Positions 62,348 through 64,000 of a stretch of 64,000 nt of DNA are shown in pieces (the first letter of the stretch is position 1; each line of letters starts with the position of its first letter). The DNA lies in contig OX597815.1 of assembly GCA_951406725.2 (NCBI GenBank), forward strand, positions 208,630,001 to 208,694,000, given 5' to 3'. Source of the DNA: Octopus vulgaris (taxonomy: Eukaryota). A model generated the notes under the pieces. That model was not told the DNA's origin, searched no databases, and was given only the letters and a program-made list of their open reading frames with translations. Both the position numbers and the translations under genes were made by a program.

Positions 62348-62703
62348 AATTACTGATCATGTAAATTATCATCTTACATCCAGTCGGATGAATAGCCTGG
62401 GCCAGTACAATGCTTCCATGCCAGACATCTCGATTGAGCAAAGAGGCGTGGACTGGGTTTTAGTTCCAGTGGTCTTTTGCTACTTGAAATATCTCAGCTG
62501 TGTATATTACAGCTATAGATCCTATCAGTTCTTCACTAACTGAACTGGCTGTAAACAGTTTGTTGTCTGTTTATCTGTTCAGCATCTAGTGATATTTGCC
62601 AATGACCTTCATTGGTTGAAATATTTCACCCTTGCATGTCTCGTGCTTTGAATCAATTAAATTATGAAATTCTGAATTATTTTGAAAAGAAAGTGAAACA
62701 CAC

Positions 62704-63121
62704 AGGCGCAGGAGTGGCTGTGTGGAAAGTAGCTTGCCTACCAACCACATGGTTCCGGGTTCAGTCCCACTGCGTGGCACCTTGGGCAAGTGTCTTCTAC
62801 TATAGCCTCGGGCCGACCAAAGCCTTGTGAGTGGATTTGGTAGATGGAAACTGAAAGAAGCCCGTCGTATATATGTGTATATATATATATATATATATGC
62901 GTGTGTGTGTTTGTGTGTCTGTGTTTGTCCCCCTAGCATTGCTTGACAACCGACGCTGGTGTGTTTATGTCCCCGTTACTTAGTGGTTCTGCAAAAGAGA
63001 CCGATAGAATAAGTGCTGGGCTTACAAAAAAATAAGTCCCGGGGTTGAGTTGCTCGATTAAAGGTGGTGCTCCAGCATGGCCGCAGTTAAATGACTGAAA
63101 CAAGTAAAAGAGTAAAAGAGT
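62704..63121 (+). mobile_element. SINE family A, full length
   Basis: Consensus match. Confidence 0.92.
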
Positions 63122-63420
63122 ACACAAAAGGGGTTTACATTTAATATATCCCCCTCTCCATTCTCTAAACTTATTATTGGCAAACTTAAAGGAAATGAGA
63201 AGAATGAAAGCTATACATTATTTTCGTTCTGTTTATGGTGCTAAAGGTGCTTCAGATCTTTAACAGTGACAAACGGAATATACACCACCGGAAGTTGTTG
63301 TTGACAAAGAACAGCAGTAATTTTATTCAGCTGAATACACATCATTGATTGGTTGAAATTACCGAAATACGACAACTTTAACACGAAATAACTTTGAAAA
63401 TATAAACTTTTCTCAACAAC

Positions 63421-63586
63421 AGGCGCAGGAGTGGCTGTGTGGTAAGTAGCTTGCTAACCAACCACATGATTCCGGGTTCAGTCCCACTGCGTGGCATCTT
63501 GGGCAAGTGTCTTCTGCTATAGCCCAGGGCCGCCCAATGCCTTGTGAGTGGATTTGGTAGACGGAAACTGAAAGAAGCCTGTCGTA

Positions 63587-63633
<47 letters not shown>

Positions 63634-63813
63634 TTGTTTGTGTGTCTGTGTTTGTCCCTCTGTTTATGTCCCCGTTACTTAGCGGTTCGGCAAAAGAGAC
63701 CGATAGAATAAGTACTGGGCTTACAAAAAGAATAAGTCCCGGGGTCGAGTTGCTCGATTAAAGGCGGTGCTCCAGCGTGGCTGCAGTCAAATGACTGAAA
63801 CAAGTAAAAGAGT
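63421..63813 (+). mobile_element. SINE family A with small internal deletion
   Basis: Consensus match. TTGTCCCTC joins TGTTTATGTCCCC. Confidence 0.92.
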
Positions 63814-63819
63814 ACTAAG

Positions 63820-63985
63820 ATGACAAGCTGGCAGAGTTGTTAACATGGAGGGTGAAAGGTTCACGGCATTTTGTCTGTCTCTACATTCTGAGTTCAAATT
63901 CCACCAAGCTCATCTTTGCCTTTTATCTTTACTGTACTCGATAAAATGAGTATCAGCTGAATGCTGGCGTTGATGTATTCAACAT
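63820..63985 (+). mobile_element. Diverged SINE family B
   Basis: AGCTGGCAGAG...TTCTGAGTTCAAATTCC...CTTTGCCTTT...CGATAAAATGAGTA. Confidence 0.65.
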
Positions 63986-64000
63986 CCTTCCTCTCCAGAT

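Noticed and set aside
62384-62543. Possible exon (RMNSLGQYNASMPDISIEQR...) or minus-strand alternatives
   Set aside because: Several frames on both strands are equally plausible and there is no recognisable domain or consistent splice pair.

Overview
AT-rich, repeat-saturated animal genomic DNA. The repeat families suggest a coleoid cephalopod, probably Octopus (inference, not verified). No intact protein-coding gene can be supported; the window looks intronic or intergenic, and most ORFs in the track are microsatellite or SINE read-throughs. The only recognisable protein sequences are decayed transposon proteins: a 5'-truncated CR1-clade LINE reverse transcriptase (1573-2563), a mariner DD34D transposase (47672-48966) and a rosa-type DD41D transposase (59498-60785). 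The rest comprises more than 25 copies of a tRNA-derived SINE with an internal microsatellite (family A), a second tRNA-like SINE that often occurs as multimers (family B), a (GAT)n-tailed non-autonomous retroelement built from structured modules (family C), CORE-type SINEs, TTAA-flanked piggyBac-like MITEs, Helitron-like elements and long (TA)n microsatellites, often nested three deep. The family labels are mine. The most notable non-coding signal is a set of at least three unrelated short repeat families sitting in (TA)n tracts that carry type I hammerhead ribozyme motifs in inverted or partial-tandem arrangements (Penelope-like or retrozyme-like), some with recurrent non-canonical core bases.
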